This document shows, one piece after another, positions 1-17,550 of a DNA stretch of 64,000 bases. Origin of the DNA: Eledone cirrhosa (taxonomy: Eukaryota); assembly GCA_964016885.1 (NCBI GenBank), contig OZ024757.1, positions 12,400,001 through 12,464,000 of the forward strand, in the 5' to 3' direction. Numbering within the stretch: position 1 is the first letter of the stretch; each line of letters begins with the position of its first letter. The notes beneath the pieces were generated by a model. The model was given only the letters and a program-made list of their open reading frames with translations, did not search any database and was not told where the DNA came from. The translations under genes and the position numbers were made by a program.

Positions 1-2800
<2,800 letters not shown>

Positions 2801-2986
2801 ACTAGGTAAAGGTTTCTCACCACTGTATGTCTGTGTAACTGTATCTATATTGGTAGAAACAGGTGTGGTAGAAATGTCCAAGTGTTCACGTCCTCCATAG
2901 TAATTCTTGAAGAATTCTCAAAACTCGAGAAGAGATATGACAATGTACAAGTAATTTGGGGGGTAAGAAATGGCCCTCTATGTACT

Positions 2987-3053
<67 letters not shown>

Positions 3054-3914
3054 GGGTGCGTATCTATGTATATGCAAGCAGTCCTAACAAACACGGATTG
3101 TTCACCACGGAGTGTAGAAAAGTACACAATATCTGCTGTGTTAACAATACAAATAATACGTACTTTATATTTAAGTCAAAGTGTAAAGTAAAGAAAGACC
3201 AGGAAAGCTAATTGTTCAGATGTTGGTGATTTAAACCTATTTCTCACTGTCCTGTAACATGTGGAACAACTAATTCACGATGTAGTGTAGTTTCTCGTGA
3301 AATGAAATATTTAATCATGTAGGAGATGGAACACCTACCCTGGAACATGTAGCTCACTCTATGTTATCTACAGAATATTAACTTTCACCTTAACATGAGA
3401 TAATTGCTACACAAGATATAATTAGATTAATTAAAGTTATAATTAACATAGCAGGTACGTGGTGTCGTTGGTAATGTTTCAGTGACCATAAATAACACCG
3501 GTGTCATACGTTAAAAGTCCCTGACATAATTTAATACCTTCAGAAAGACCTTCAGTTATATCAATTCACTCCATCAATTGTATCCAACCCATGGTAAAAC
3601 AAGCAGCATCACTCAGTGAAATATTTATTACGTATCAACAAGGGAGTCTCCTACCTGGTTACTTGACCTGGTAGAAATAGCAGTCAAATATCATTCTATA
3701 CTGTCTTACAACAACAAAGACCATATTCTGCAGTTTAGACACACCACACTCACACCCACATGTATGTATATATATATATATAAATAAACATGATAGTCAC
3801 GGCTAGAACAACTTTAATTACAGTTCTGCTCAATAATACTAACATGGGTTTTAAATTGAGCAAAGTTGGAGTTGTCTCCCCTGGTACTTTACTACGTTAC
3901 GTTTGTTTATATAT

Positions 3915-6900
3915 ACCATCATCATCATCTTCAACATTATCATTTAACATTCATTTTTATCACACCTGCATGGGTTAAACAGGTTGTCACGTTATGAGAC
4001 ATGTCAGGTGTGGAGACCAGGTCTCATATGGATGTGTATTTTGGTTTGGTTTCTAAGGCTGGATGCCCTTCTTTACACGAAACACGTTACAATGTGGACT
4101 GCACACTTTTGTATGACCATCTTACAGGATGAACTGGGTGTTTTTATTGTTGTAGCATCAACGAGGTGTGTGGGATATTTAGCAGGTGAGGGTAGGGTCT
4201 TATGAATAGGAAGGGGTGAAGAGAGGATTGGTGAAGACTAGTGTGTACTCTACATATTTCATTTTTAGCACATGGGAAGGGGGGCTCTTTTACAGAACAG
4301 CATGACGCCAGAGGTCTCGATCCTGTGACATTTCCATTGAGAGGTTTAATTGGGCAAGGTGAGCTTTTATTATTTGATCCCAAGCTTTCCTAGGTCTTCT
4401 TCTTTCATAGTTATCATTGACTTTGACAAACCTGTACCTTTTTATACAGCTGTCATCTTCCATATACATCACATGTCCAAACCACCACAATCTCCTCTCC
4501 TCTACACTGCATCTGACCACTCTTATACCTAATTTCTCTCTCAGTTTATTAATGCTTGTTGTTCATGCACACTATTACACCTCTATCAGATCATGTAAAC
4601 TTCATTTCTTTCCAGTCTTTATAGGTCCTCTGAATATATTGCCCTGGTCTCACTTCAATGTAACATTGCTGTTCGTACACAGACTTCATACAATCTGCCT
4701 TTCACTTTCAGGGGAAATCATTTTGTAGGCAGCAGTAGTAGTAGCTCCCTAAACTTTTTCCATCCCATTCTCACTCAGGCTACTGTACCTTCAGAACACC
4801 CACCTCCACTGTTAATTTGTTCATCTAGTTAACAGAAATTATGAACTGGTTTCTATAGAGCCTTCTGGGCATTTAACCCTTCTGGACATTTAAACCAGCC
4901 ATATCCAGCCAGAATACTCTCACATCTTTATGTTCAAACCGGCCATAACTGGCCACTCATACCGACATTAAGGTATTGTTCTCAATATAAATAATATCAA
5001 AATCTTGTAGATTTGATATTATGTGAGATAATTATGTAAGATAAAGCCTTTACCACAAAAATTCAATACTATATATAGAGTAATGTAAATGCTAAAGGGT
5101 TAAAGTAGCTTATTGTTTTGTGAGCTGTTGCTACTTATTGCTCTTGTGCATCAAGAACATACACAACTTACATTCTTTTGCTAACCTTACTGAGATTCCA
5201 CTACATCTCTTGTTTATCCATAGTTTGGAATTTCTACCTACTCCTTTCCTTTAGACTGAGCAAGGCCATTTTCTTGAGGGGATCTAGGCCTTGTTTTCCT
5301 TTCTATTTTGCCAAGTTAACTTTAATACATTTTCCTTCTAGGCCATGCTTCCAGATTTGGAATTTCTCCTCTAATTTTACCATAGATTAGGCTACAAGAA
5401 TTCAATCATATGCATACAGGAGTTCCCATGGACAGCCAGTCTTAAACTCTTATGTAATAGCCTGCAGGATGATAATAAACAGAAGAGGGTTAATAACAGA
5501 GTCCTGATAGACTTGCTCACTCAATTCCTCACTATAGCCAGCATTAACTTTAAGCTTACTGACTGCTCCTCCATACATGGCTTTTACTGCTCTCACAAGC
5601 CACTCATATACCCCTAGTTTTCTAAGTTACACACCAGATTATGGAAAGGGGAAGGCTCACAGAAGCTCTCTCTGGGTCAACAAATGCCAAGTAGAGGGGT
5701 TTATTTTAGCTAGGTACTACTCTTGCAGTTGCCACACAAGGAAGAGGACATCAGTGGTACTTTTACCTGGCACAAATCCAAACTTCATCTCATCTAGGTT
5801 AACTCGGTCCCTAATCAGATGTGTTATAAATATAACACCTTCATAAACTGGTCCATCTAATGTCTCTATAGTTTTCTAGCTCTAGTACATCTCCTTTGCC
5901 CTTGTAGCAGTTGATGATGATGATACTACACCATTTATTTGGTATGACACCATTTTGTATTACTTGCTTTACAATACCAGTGGTTAAGATGTGACCCACC
6001 ACCCCAGATACTTTCAGTATCTCAGCAACTATCACCAATGGACAAGATACTTTCTCTGTCTTCATATCCTTAATTACCTTACTACACTACTGCTTACTTG
6101 TATGGCTGGACCCTCTGTTGGGCCCACTTTCTGTAGACTATCTTCCTCCCATGCATTCTCCTCATTCAGTAATCTTTCATAGAGGCATTTCCATGTTACA
6201 AAGGTTGGCTGAAAAGTTCATAGACTATCAATTATAGCATGATGCTAGCGCGGTGAAATCTTGCCTGCATTAATTTCAACTCTTCTTATTTATAACTGCA
6301 TTGTTTCCTTCCAGGGACTATGTTGAAAAATAAACCTCATTTGGTCATTCCATGAGAGTATCTTGGTCTGTCTATGAACTTTTCAGCTGACCTTATTCAG
6401 CATCAGTGAGGGGAAGTGCCCCATTAACATCCTGGACACACTTTACCCCAACATCACAATTTTCCCTCACACACTGCCTCACAATCCTGAACATCTCATG
6501 TATTTCATCCTCACATCATAAAACCAGCTGAAATTATATATTCTCTGCTTCCCTCCTTGCAAAGAATACTTCTTGCCTAGCTTCCTGGTAGTGTACCCTC
6601 CAGCTTCCCCCATTCTGCCATTATTCCATGCCTGTCTCTTGGCCTTAACTGTCTCATCTACCCTAGTGTTTCACCACCAAGTTACTCTCCTCTCTGAAGC
6701 CCTGCTCCAGCCAAAGATCTAGTTTGACACCTTCAGCAAAGTTTCTTTCAGGAACTCCCACTGTTCCCCTATATTGTATGTTTCTATTTGTTCTTCTTTA
6801 CTGTTGTAAAGATCAAACAAAATATCTCTAAATTTGGAACTGGCTGAGGGGTCCTTTAACTTCCATATCCTTCTCCTCCAGGTTGCCCTCAGTCTTCAAG

Positions 6901-7080
6901 TTCATCTAAGTCTATGAAGTCACTAACTACTGGGTTATATTGGGAGGTGCATTCTTCCCCAGGGGATGGGGATTGTGTGTTTACAAATGTCACTATCTCA
7001 TCTTCTGGTGAGGATAAAAATCTGACTGGCATGCTCACCTGATCAATAGGTGTTGAAGTGGTTGTCGGGTAAACGTTAAG
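3915..7080 (-). mobile_element. Old degenerate RTE LINE
   Basis: (CAT)n tail at about 3917. ORF remnants include RRLWWFGHVM (4290..4520) and GVIPNKWCSIIIINCYKGKGD (5841..6065). It is homologous to the other RTE copies and has many stops. Confidence 0.88.
4877..5099. mobile_element. piggyBac-like MITE nested in the LINE
   Basis: TTAA|CCCTT...ATGCTAAAGGG|TTAA. Internal sequence is homologous to 9705-9904. Confidence 0.8.
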
Positions 7081-7109
7081 ACCCTCTTATATACATATAT
7101 ATACATATA

Positions 7110-7950
7110 CTAGCAGTGGTACCCGGCGTTGCACGGGATAAGGTAGTTTGGAACGCAGGCCGCCAACAGGCCTAATCGTGGAAAAACTGCATTCCTGGAC
7201 AATATGTAAAGAAAATAAACCGAATACTCTGATGTCTGGATAATCTTTAAGATTTTCCTCGATGAAGCAGGAAAAATCCAGGTTTTCACCTAATGCGGTC
7301 CCTAGGGATCAAGAAAATAATTATTTTTTATGTGAAATTTCTGGAAAAAATCGGCTAGACGTAACGCCTCCAAAAAGCCCTAAAACCTGAAAAAATGAAG
7401 TTTTTCACCTAATGCGGGCCCTAGGCCATAAGAGAGTTGGATTTTCTTTGCTTACGGTATGAACAAGAGACTGACTAATACATAGTTACAATTTCAAGGA
7501 AATCGGTCTGACGTAACGAAAAAACCCTAAAAATGTTAAAAAACGCAGTTGATTTTTTTTATGTGCCTAACACTCCCTGAAACATAAGTAATACACATGT
7601 AAAGTTTGAGAAAAATCGGTTGGGTACTTCTCGAGTTTTAGGGATTCAAACTCACAGACACACAGACAGACAGACATCCTCAGGGAAGTGACGTAATGCA
7701 GACAGCCAGACATACAGACAGATATTATAAGGGCGCGACGTTATATGTATGTATCTATCTAAAAAGAGAAAGACTAAGAATTATAGAGAGAGATCGCTAA
7801 ATCGCCTAATGCGGTCCCTAGGGCATAGAAAATTCGAAATGTGTTTTGTTCAGACACTCCCATTACATGTGTAAAGTTTAAAAACAGTCGGTTGGGTGGT
7901 TCTCGAGTTTTAGGGATTCAAACTCACATACACACAGACATCCTCAGTTT

Positions 7951-7970
<20 letters not shown>
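7110..7970 (-). mobile_element. Non-autonomous Helitron-like element
   Basis: On the minus strand it starts TC(TA)n and ends with the hairpin CCCG-TGCAACGC-CGGG followed 8 nt later by CTAG|T. It contains (ACAG)n tracts and an internal duplication (7595-7685 vs 7865-7950). Confidence 0.75.
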
Positions 7971-8006
<36 letters not shown>

Positions 8007-8011
8007 TCACA

Positions 8012-8175
8012 TAATTGTTTCTACTTTTTGGCACAAGGCCAGCAAATATCCAGTACATTACTGGTACTTTATTTTAACGACCTCGTAAGGATGAAAGGCA
8101 AAGTTAACCTCGGCGGGATTTGAACTCAGTTTGTAAAGGGACGTAACTGTGCTGGAAAGCATGGCGTCTGACAGC
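8012..8175 (-). mobile_element. tRNA-derived SINE, family 1
   Basis: Reverse complement shows B-box GAGTTCAAATCCC, core GCCTTTCATCCTTACGAGGTCG..AAAATAAAAGTACCAG and tail GGCCTTGTGCCAAAAAGTAGAAACAATT. It matches 54376-54568. Confidence 0.8.
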
Positions 8176-8279
8176 CAGCCAGAATCAGTATTTCATTTAT
8201 GGACCTCAAAATATAGAAGCAGCTTCACCTCAGTGGGATTTTTACTCTGAGAGCTAGAGCAGACACTGAACATATATCC

Positions 8280-8640
8280 AGATGTGCACACATCTATATA
8301 ACAACACATATATAAATATACACATATGTACACACACATACACATATTTATACACACGTAATTATACTCACATATAGATATACATATACACAAATGAAGA
8401 TACAATCATTTTTCGCATGTGGAGTGTACTTCATCTTTATACTGAATGTGTGTGTATGTGTATATTTGAGTGTATGTACATATTTGTATGAGTGGCTGTA
8501 TGTATGTATGCGTATGTTTGTGTGTACATGCGTTTATATGTATGTGAATATGCATGTATATGCGTATTTGTGTATGTGTGTATATATATATATGGATATG
8601 TGTGTTTGTGTATGTATTAATTTATATATATATATGTAGG
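8280..8640. repeat. (CA/TA)n and (TG/TA)n low-complexity tracts
   Basis: Degenerate dinucleotide repeats, read directly. Confidence 0.8.
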
Positions 8641-9445
8641 AGGTGAGTTTTATCGTAGCACAATAAAGCAATGTAAACATATTTTTTTGACGTTATATTT
8701 TTTCTTCCTTGAATCTCTTCTTCCTTCTCTCCTTCCGTGCTCGTATTAAACCTATTATTTACTTTTTCCTATTACAATATATAGAAACAAACTTGGACCC
8801 CCAATTAATTCCTCTAATAATTCATTTAACCTTATCTTCATTCACCTTATCTCCTTAATACATTATATTTTAATAATACATTTTAATAAATTCCTTTTCA
8901 CACATCTTTTTAAACCCTTCAATATATAAACCTTAAATAAATAGTATTCTTAATTCCTTTTTCTTTAATTATAAGCATCACCATTCATAAACCTCATTAA
9001 CTTTTAATTTCTAAATTTTTAAAATTATTAATTATGTATTATCTTACAACGGTTTTTTTTTTCTCTGTGAGCCAGTGTCTCTCACTATTAAAGGTTATCT
9101 CTCTCTCTCTCATGTTCTCCTCCTCTCTCATCCTTCCTTCTTTTACTCCTCCTCCGTCATCCCCTCATTATTATTATATATATATTTTCTCTTCTATCTA
9201 TATTCTTTCTTCCTCTTCCTTACCTTTTCCTGTCCCCCTTCCTTTCCTCTTTCCCAATCTCATATATCCATCTTAGTTTATTTTTCATATGTTGATTTAA
9301 CACTTCACTGCTCGCAAGTGTTTTTTTTAAGCTTCATATCATGTCTCCCTATTTTATCTGACGAGAACGCAAATATTGTCCCATGATGATATTTGTTTTT
9401 GCGCATAATAAAATACATGGAACTCTTTTAACCATCTTTTGATTT

Positions 9446-9519
<74 letters not shown>

Positions 9520-9615
9520 TTTGTAAATTCTGTACCATACAGTTTTGTCAGCACAAGTTTTGGCTACAACTTCTACAAATAAAATTAAAGAAGAATAATT
9601 TCAGAATAAACAAGT

Positions 9616-9621
9616 TTTATT
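9616..9621 (-). terminator. Putative polyadenylation signal of ZNF-A
   Basis: AATAAA on the minus strand in a block conserved downstream of all three paralogues (also 21539-21544 and 36395-36400). Confidence 0.5.
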
Positions 9622-9704
9622 CAAAATATTAACAACATTGGTGGCACTGTTTTGGGTGAGTGATATGGTTTTTATCTTGTCTGAATGTGTTTCTGTTTCA
9701 TTAA

Positions 9705-9904
9705 CCCTTTAGCATTCAAACTGGCCGTATCCAGCCAGAAATGTCTCACCTTTTTCTGTTCAAACTGGCCATTAATACTGATGTTGAGGTATTGTTCTCA
9801 AAATAAATAACATAGATTCGATATTATGCGAGATGATTATATAAGATAAAGTGTTTACTACAAAAATACAATAGTATATTTAGAGTAATGTGAATGCTAA
9901 AGGG
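9705..9904. mobile_element. piggyBac-like MITE (200 bp) in the ZNF-A 3' region
   Basis: TIR CCCTTTAGCATT / AATGCTAAAGGG with TTAA on both sides. The paralogous empty site has a single TTAA (gcaTTAAgtaa at about 21617). Confidence 0.9.
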
Positions 9905-9919
9905 TTAAGTAACCTTTAC

Positions 9920-11875
<1,956 letters not shown>

Positions 11876-12250
11876 GTTTCTTCTTCCCTTGGCAGAATTT
11901 ACAGATGGTATTCTTGTGTTATTTTTTATATTATATTCATAAAAATATTTCTTCTGCTATATTTCCTCCAACTGTCACCTCAGTCAAGATCTGAAGATGA
12001 TGTAAACTTGTTTCTGATCCAAGTTTAGTTAAGATTCAAAATCATCTTGTAAATATTTCAGATGGTGACGAAATGATATTTTTCCAAGAAACACAGTTCT
12101 GAGGAAATATTACACAGTAATTCTGCCATAGATTTATATAAACAGTGTTATATGAGTTCTGTATAAAAATATTTAGTCTTGGAATAATGATAAATAGAGG
12201 TGATATATTCAAGATTAAAGAGTAAATATATTCCAATGTCATCTGATATT

Positions 12251-12275
12251 CTGAAATAAGAAAGAAACAGTATGA
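12251..12275 (-). promoter_or_regulatory. Putative splice acceptor of the ZNF-A coding exon
   Basis: Minus strand reads CTGTTTCTTTCTTATTTCAG|AATATC. It is conserved in B (24471) and C (38207). Confidence 0.6.
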
Positions 12276-12895
12276 GATAATAGAGAATACTTTAGAAGCA
12301 AAGATAGATTTAACATTGGAAATGTATATTTCTATATTGATAAATTGTAGATATCAACTTTCCTGTCCAGAGTAATTCTCTCCAATGTAAGCAGTGGTAT
12401 TCCAGGATGCTCTGTAAATTTTATCTTTCTAACTCTTGGGAGGTCTGCCCTATAGCCTTTACCCAGGAACTTTATTCTTATATGACATTCTAACATGGTA
12501 ATTGTCTGAGACCTGAGATGTGTAACTTGACAGTTCCTTGAGTAACAGTTCTTTCTACATGGAAGGGGAAAATGCTGTGCAATTGCTTGATAAGAGCCAA
12601 AGGATTCTCACACATGGCTACTTGTGTTAGTCCTGTAGACACAATTAGTGGGAACTTTATTTGCAGGGCTTTCCATAATTTTGGCATTGTTTTTTTCTTT
12701 CCTGGTTGGATGTCCTTCCTCTCATCAACCCCTTTACAGCAAGGACTGGGTGTATTGTTTGTAGTACTAGAGAGGTTATTTTACTGGACTTAAGAGCTCT
12801 CTACCCTGTATCAGTTTCTATTTTGAGTGTCTACAAAGATGATGATATATACATATATATATATGTACAAATATATATATATATATATATATATA

Positions 12896-13245
12896 CTAGC
12901 AGTTGCTCGGGAAATGAATGACAGCCTGAATTGTTTAAGGTCGTTTATGGCTTAGCTAGCAATTTCTGAGTGCATGTCAGATTATGTCAGCTAATTGACT
13001 AACCAATGAGAGGTCGCCTCAATAGCACGTGTCAAATCGGCCTAGTACTTCAAAAGTTAAAAGGAGCCTAATATTTGTACACAGACAGACACACAAAATC
13101 GGCCCCAATATTTTTTGTCCAAAACCTGCTCTGGCATATAAGCAACATGTGTGCAAATTTGGTTGAAATCGGCCTAGTACTTCAAAAGTTAAAAGGAGCC
13201 TAGTATTTGTACACAGACAGACCGACTTGCTTTTATATATATAGA
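12896..13245 (-). mobile_element. Non-autonomous Helitron-like element (350 bp)
   Basis: Minus strand A|TC...CTAG|T termini, a partly deleted 3' hairpin (CCCGAGCAAC), and an internal duplicate of about 55 bp ending in ACAGACAGAC. Confidence 0.7.
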
Positions 13246-13281
13246 TGTACAAATATATATATATATATATATATATACACG

Positions 13282-15489
13282 AAAAAGAAGACGTTTTAGA
13301 GTCGTATGACATAGATAATAACTGGAATTTCTTATGTGACAACTTACTGCAGGCTACTGAAGAAACTTGAGGCTGGAGCAGAGCTCCGACCAGACAGAGA
13401 GTGACCTGGTGGTGGAACAGCACGGTAGATAAGGCCATTAGAGACAAAAGACTAGCATGGAAGGCTTGGAAAAAGGGTGGGAGTAGAATAGGATATACAG
13501 CCACTAAGAGAGAAGCTAGACGTCAGGTGTAGTTAGCACGCAGGGAGGCTGAGAGTAGGAGGTTTGCCAATGTTCTGTGATGGAAAGATCAGAGGCGTGT
13601 GGTGTTCCACATTGCAAGGCAGTGTGTCAATGCAAATCAGGATGTTGTTGGAGATAAATGTGTCCGGAATGATGCCGGTGTACTTAGTGTCACGAATGAT
13701 CAGAAAAAGGAGGCCTGGAAATGTCATTATGAGAGGCTGATGAATGTGGAGAACGAATGGGAGAGAGAGAAATTACCCTCAGTAGATCCGACAGAAGGAC
13801 CGGCTATTGAGATTGACGAATATAGGGTCCAAGAGGCGATTAAGGAAATGAAAAATGGTAAGGCTGCTGGACCATCAGGAATAGTTGCTGAGATGCTGAA
13901 GGCATCAGGGGACGTAGGCACTAAACTGGTTGCACGCATCATCAATCAGGCTATATATATGGTGGTGTCATACCCAAAGACTGGTGCAGCAGTATTCTCA
14001 TAAATTGCTACAAAGGTAAAGGGGATGCTCTGGAGAGGAGCAATTATAGGGGTATAAAACTGATGGATCAGGTTATGAAAGTGGCAGAAAAGATATTAGC
14101 ACAAATAATTAGAGAAAGGGTCAAACTAGATGAGATGCAGTTTGGTTTTGTGCCTGGGAAGAGTACAACAGATGCCCTCTTCTTGATGAGATAATTGCAA
14201 GAGAGGTTCTTAGAGAAAAATAAGCCACTATACTTAGCCTTTGTTGACCTAGAGAAGGCCTTTGATAGGGTACCCCAATCTGTCATCTGGTGGTCCCTAA
14301 GGAAACTAGGTGTAGAGAAATGGTTTGTGAGGACAGTGCAAGATTTGTACAGGGCTGCTGTCAGTAAAGTCAGGGTAGGAATGGAGTTTAGTGAGGAATT
14401 CCAGATACAAGTAGGAGTACATCAAGGTTCAGTCCTCAGCCCGCTCTTGTTCATTATAGTCCTCCAAGCCATAACAGAGGAGTTTAAGACTGGCTGTGCA
14501 TGGGAACTTCTCTATGCTGACGATCTGGTTCTTATAGCAGAATCAGTAGAAGAACTAGAGAATAAATTCTGGCTATGGAAACAGCAGTTGGAAGCAAGAG
14601 GACTGAGGGTGAACCTAGCTAAGACAAAAGTGTTGATGAGTAGAAAAGAGGACAAAACTCTGATTCCGTCAGGGAAATGGCCATGTTCGATATGCAGAAA
14701 AGGAACTGTCATAAATTCTATAAAATGCACACAATGCAGATCCTGGATACACAAGAGATGTAGCAGGCAAAGTAATAGGTAGGGAGAAATATGTATGCAG
14801 TAGATGTTCAGGGAAATTAGACAGTAGAAGTCGCAGTGATAGACACATTTTTCAAATGCAGGAGGGTGCTATAGAAGTGGTGGATAGCTTCCAGTACCTA
14901 GGAGATCAGATTAGCATGGGAGGGGGGTGTTCCGAGGCCATAGTATCTAGAATAAGGATGGGTTGGAAGAAGTTTAGGGAGCTGCTTCCTCTGCTGACGA
15001 AGAAGGGTTTCTCCCTGCGTATGAAAGGCCGGTTATATGATGCCTGTGTGAGATGTGTGATGCTGCATGGTAGTGAAACATGGGCAGCAACTGCAGAGGA
15101 TATGCAACGGCTGGAGAGAAATGAGGCAAGCATGCTCCGTTGGATGTGCAGTGTCAAACGACCCAGCATGAATGTGTTGAGAGAGAAACTGTGTCTGAGA
15201 GGGATAGAATGTAGTGTACAGGAGAGGAGACTGAGGTGGTATGGACATGTGATGCGCATGGAGGATGACCGATGGGTGAAGAAGTGCCAGGAAATGCCAG
15301 TTGAAGGAAGACGTGGTAGAGGTAGACCACGAAAAACATGGGCGGAGGTGGTGAGAACAGACCTCAGATCATTGAAGCTCACAGTGGCGATGACGAAGGA
15401 CCGTGACAAGTGGAGAGATGCTGTGCTGAATAAGACCCATCCCAACCTTGCAAGCAGGGAAGAGCAGAGATATGATGATGATGATGATG
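13282..15489 (+). mobile_element. Relatively young 5'-truncated RTE LINE
   Basis: ORFs 13599..14003, 14195..14782 (DLEKAFD, GVHQGSVLSPLLF, YADD, Cys-rich insert) and 14856..15575. It has a (GAT)n tail and a candidate TSD ATATACACG at 13273-13281 and 15490-15498. Confidence 0.95.
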
Positions 15490-15498
15490 ATATACACG

Positions 15499-15806
15499 TG
15501 GAGGCACATGGCTTAGTGGTTAGAGCATTGGCCTTGCAATCAAAAGGTTGTGAGTTCAATTCTCAGACCGGGTGATGTGTTGTTTCCTTGAGCAAGACAC
15601 TTTTTTTCACATTGCTCCAGTTGACTCAGCTGTAGAAATGAGATGATAGGGACTGGAGTCCCTATCATTCCACTGCAAAGTGGTCGTGTAGGCGCCACGG
15701 AAAAAAGCACCCAGCACCCAGCTGTAGGAATGAAGCCAGAATCAGCTCCCGTCCCACCCCTGCAAGCAGGGAAAAGCGGACGTATATTGATGATGATGAT
15801 GATGAA
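15499..15806 (+). mobile_element. tRNA-derived SINE family 2 head followed by an RTE-type 3' tail
   Basis: A-box TGGCTTAGTGG, B-box-like GAGTTCAATTC and body TCCTTGAGCAAGACACT, then the RTE 3' UTR motif GCGCCACGGAAAAAAGCACCC and (GAT)n. Confidence 0.75.
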
Positions 15807-16315
15807 ATACATATATATATATATACATAGAAGTGAAGCATATCAATTTGTCCCTGGATGTTTACTGAAAAGAGCAGGACATGATATTCCTTACACTTAT
15901 TCATCTCGAAACATATTTGGATTTTAAAGTTTAAACTTATCTACGGAACAGGTTTGATTTTGAAATTTAAATGTGTCTAAACATCATGGCCATTTGGCAA
16001 TGCAGTTCGTCTTTGTTGATTTATTATTTTAAATCGATATGGACAAACTGTAGTATTATAATTAGTATACTTCATTCTGGCTAAATTTTCTTTTGCAATA
16101 TAAATACAGATGTGTTGGTATTTGTGTTTCATCATATATATTAGTTTATACACGGCTCAGAAATATTTCTTTCTTCGAGTTAATTCCATTGTAAAAGAAC
16201 TCATTACACTTAATAATATATATATACACACATATATACGATATATATATATGTGTACAATTATATATATATATATATATAATTATATATATATACACAA
16301 ATACATATATATATA

Positions 16316-16578
16316 TGCTTGGCACCAGTATCACAACATATACACTATATATATATTATATATATACTGTGTACAGTATATATTATACACTATATATGAT
16401 GTTGTCCAAGAGAAAGGCTATGGGTGATACAGCTTGGCACCAGTAACATCACAACTCATTTCTACAGTTTTTGGTGTTGAAATAAAGTGTCTTGCTCAAG
16501 GAAACAACACATCATACAGTGCGATAATCGAACTCACAACCATACGATTGCAAGCCCAATGCTCTAACCACTAAACCG
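16316..16578 (-). mobile_element. SINE family 2 with duplicated internal segment
   Basis: Reverse-complement head (AAGTGTCTTGCTCAAGG...ATCGAACTC...CTAACCACTAA) plus GCTTGGCACCAGT units. Confidence 0.75.
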
Positions 16579-16579
16579 T

Positions 16580-17150
16580 GATATATTCCAGAACCAACCG
16601 TGATATAGAGAGACCATAAAGACAACCGTTGTTTTCATAGTTTAAGCCTTAAAATACCTCTCATACATGCTTTAAGTACATATAAACTCATTAAAACACA
16701 CTTTTGTATTTAAACACCAAAAACAGCCAGTAACGATTGTAGAGAAACTACCACCAACCATCGTACCACTAGTTACCAATGAGGACCATTGCCAGCCACG
16801 GTAGCCACTTGGTAATACACTGCACATCTCCCGTCAATTATGAAGGGTTTGTAGTAGATTAGAGCAAACCACAATCAGTAAAAAAGTAATGGAATGAAAA
16901 ATAAAAACATTTGTTCATAATTAAAGCCTTAAGATGTCCATCCCTTACGATATACACTTTAATAACATTGAAACTTATTTAATAAGTTTAAAATTTATAC
17001 ACTTTTTATTCAGACGTACCGCGATAAGAAACTAGATATATTCTAACGAATAATCCGCGATGTGGCGAGGATTACCGCGATAGGAAATTAGATACGTTCC
17101 AAAGAAATATCCGCGATGTAACGGGACCGCGATATAGCGGGGGATTACTG
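16580..17150. mobile_element. pogo/Tigger-like non-autonomous DNA transposon remnant (one TIR)
   Basis: The right end reads CAGTAATCCCCCGCTATATCGCGG on the minus strand next to TA, with sub-terminal CCGCGAT repeats. Paralogues lie at about 30372-30958 and 44918-45409. Confidence 0.65.
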
Positions 17151-17540
17151 TATATATACACACACAACATACATCTATCTATATACACTCATAACATATA
17201 TTTCGATATCTTACATTAAAATGTTGACTGAGGGTGTGATAACTGTTTCTTGTTTGAGGTTGTTCCAGTGGTTGAAATATAGACGGAGGTAATTAAATAA
17301 TAAAGACAGTCATGATAACAATATATTTTATATCACATGTAACAGTGGAATCTGATGATTGAAAAATATCACATCAACATTTCAGTTTGGAAGTGTTTTT
17401 TCTATATATAAAAGTGGAGGAAGAAATATATTTTTCTAATCTTGTTATATATATTTTCACTTGTATATAATTATTGGGTCGTTGTAAATAATTATATTAT
17501 TTACATACATTAATATATACATTAAGTAAATCTTTGTCAA

Positions 17541-17550
17541 CTTACCTCCT
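17541..17550 (-). promoter_or_regulatory. Putative splice donor of an upstream non-coding exon
   Basis: Minus strand GAG|GTAAGT, conserved in all three units (17545, 32327, 46442). There is no transcript evidence. Confidence 0.5.

Noticed and set aside
8700-9420. Pyrimidine- and AT-rich stretch as a gene or organellar insert
   Set aside because: There are no recognisable protein or RNA motifs. It may be an old TE remnant but cannot be classified by eye.
15499-15575. tRNA genes at A/B-box sequences (also 42000 and 54376)
   Set aside because: No complete cloverleaf is evident and each continues into a SINE body.
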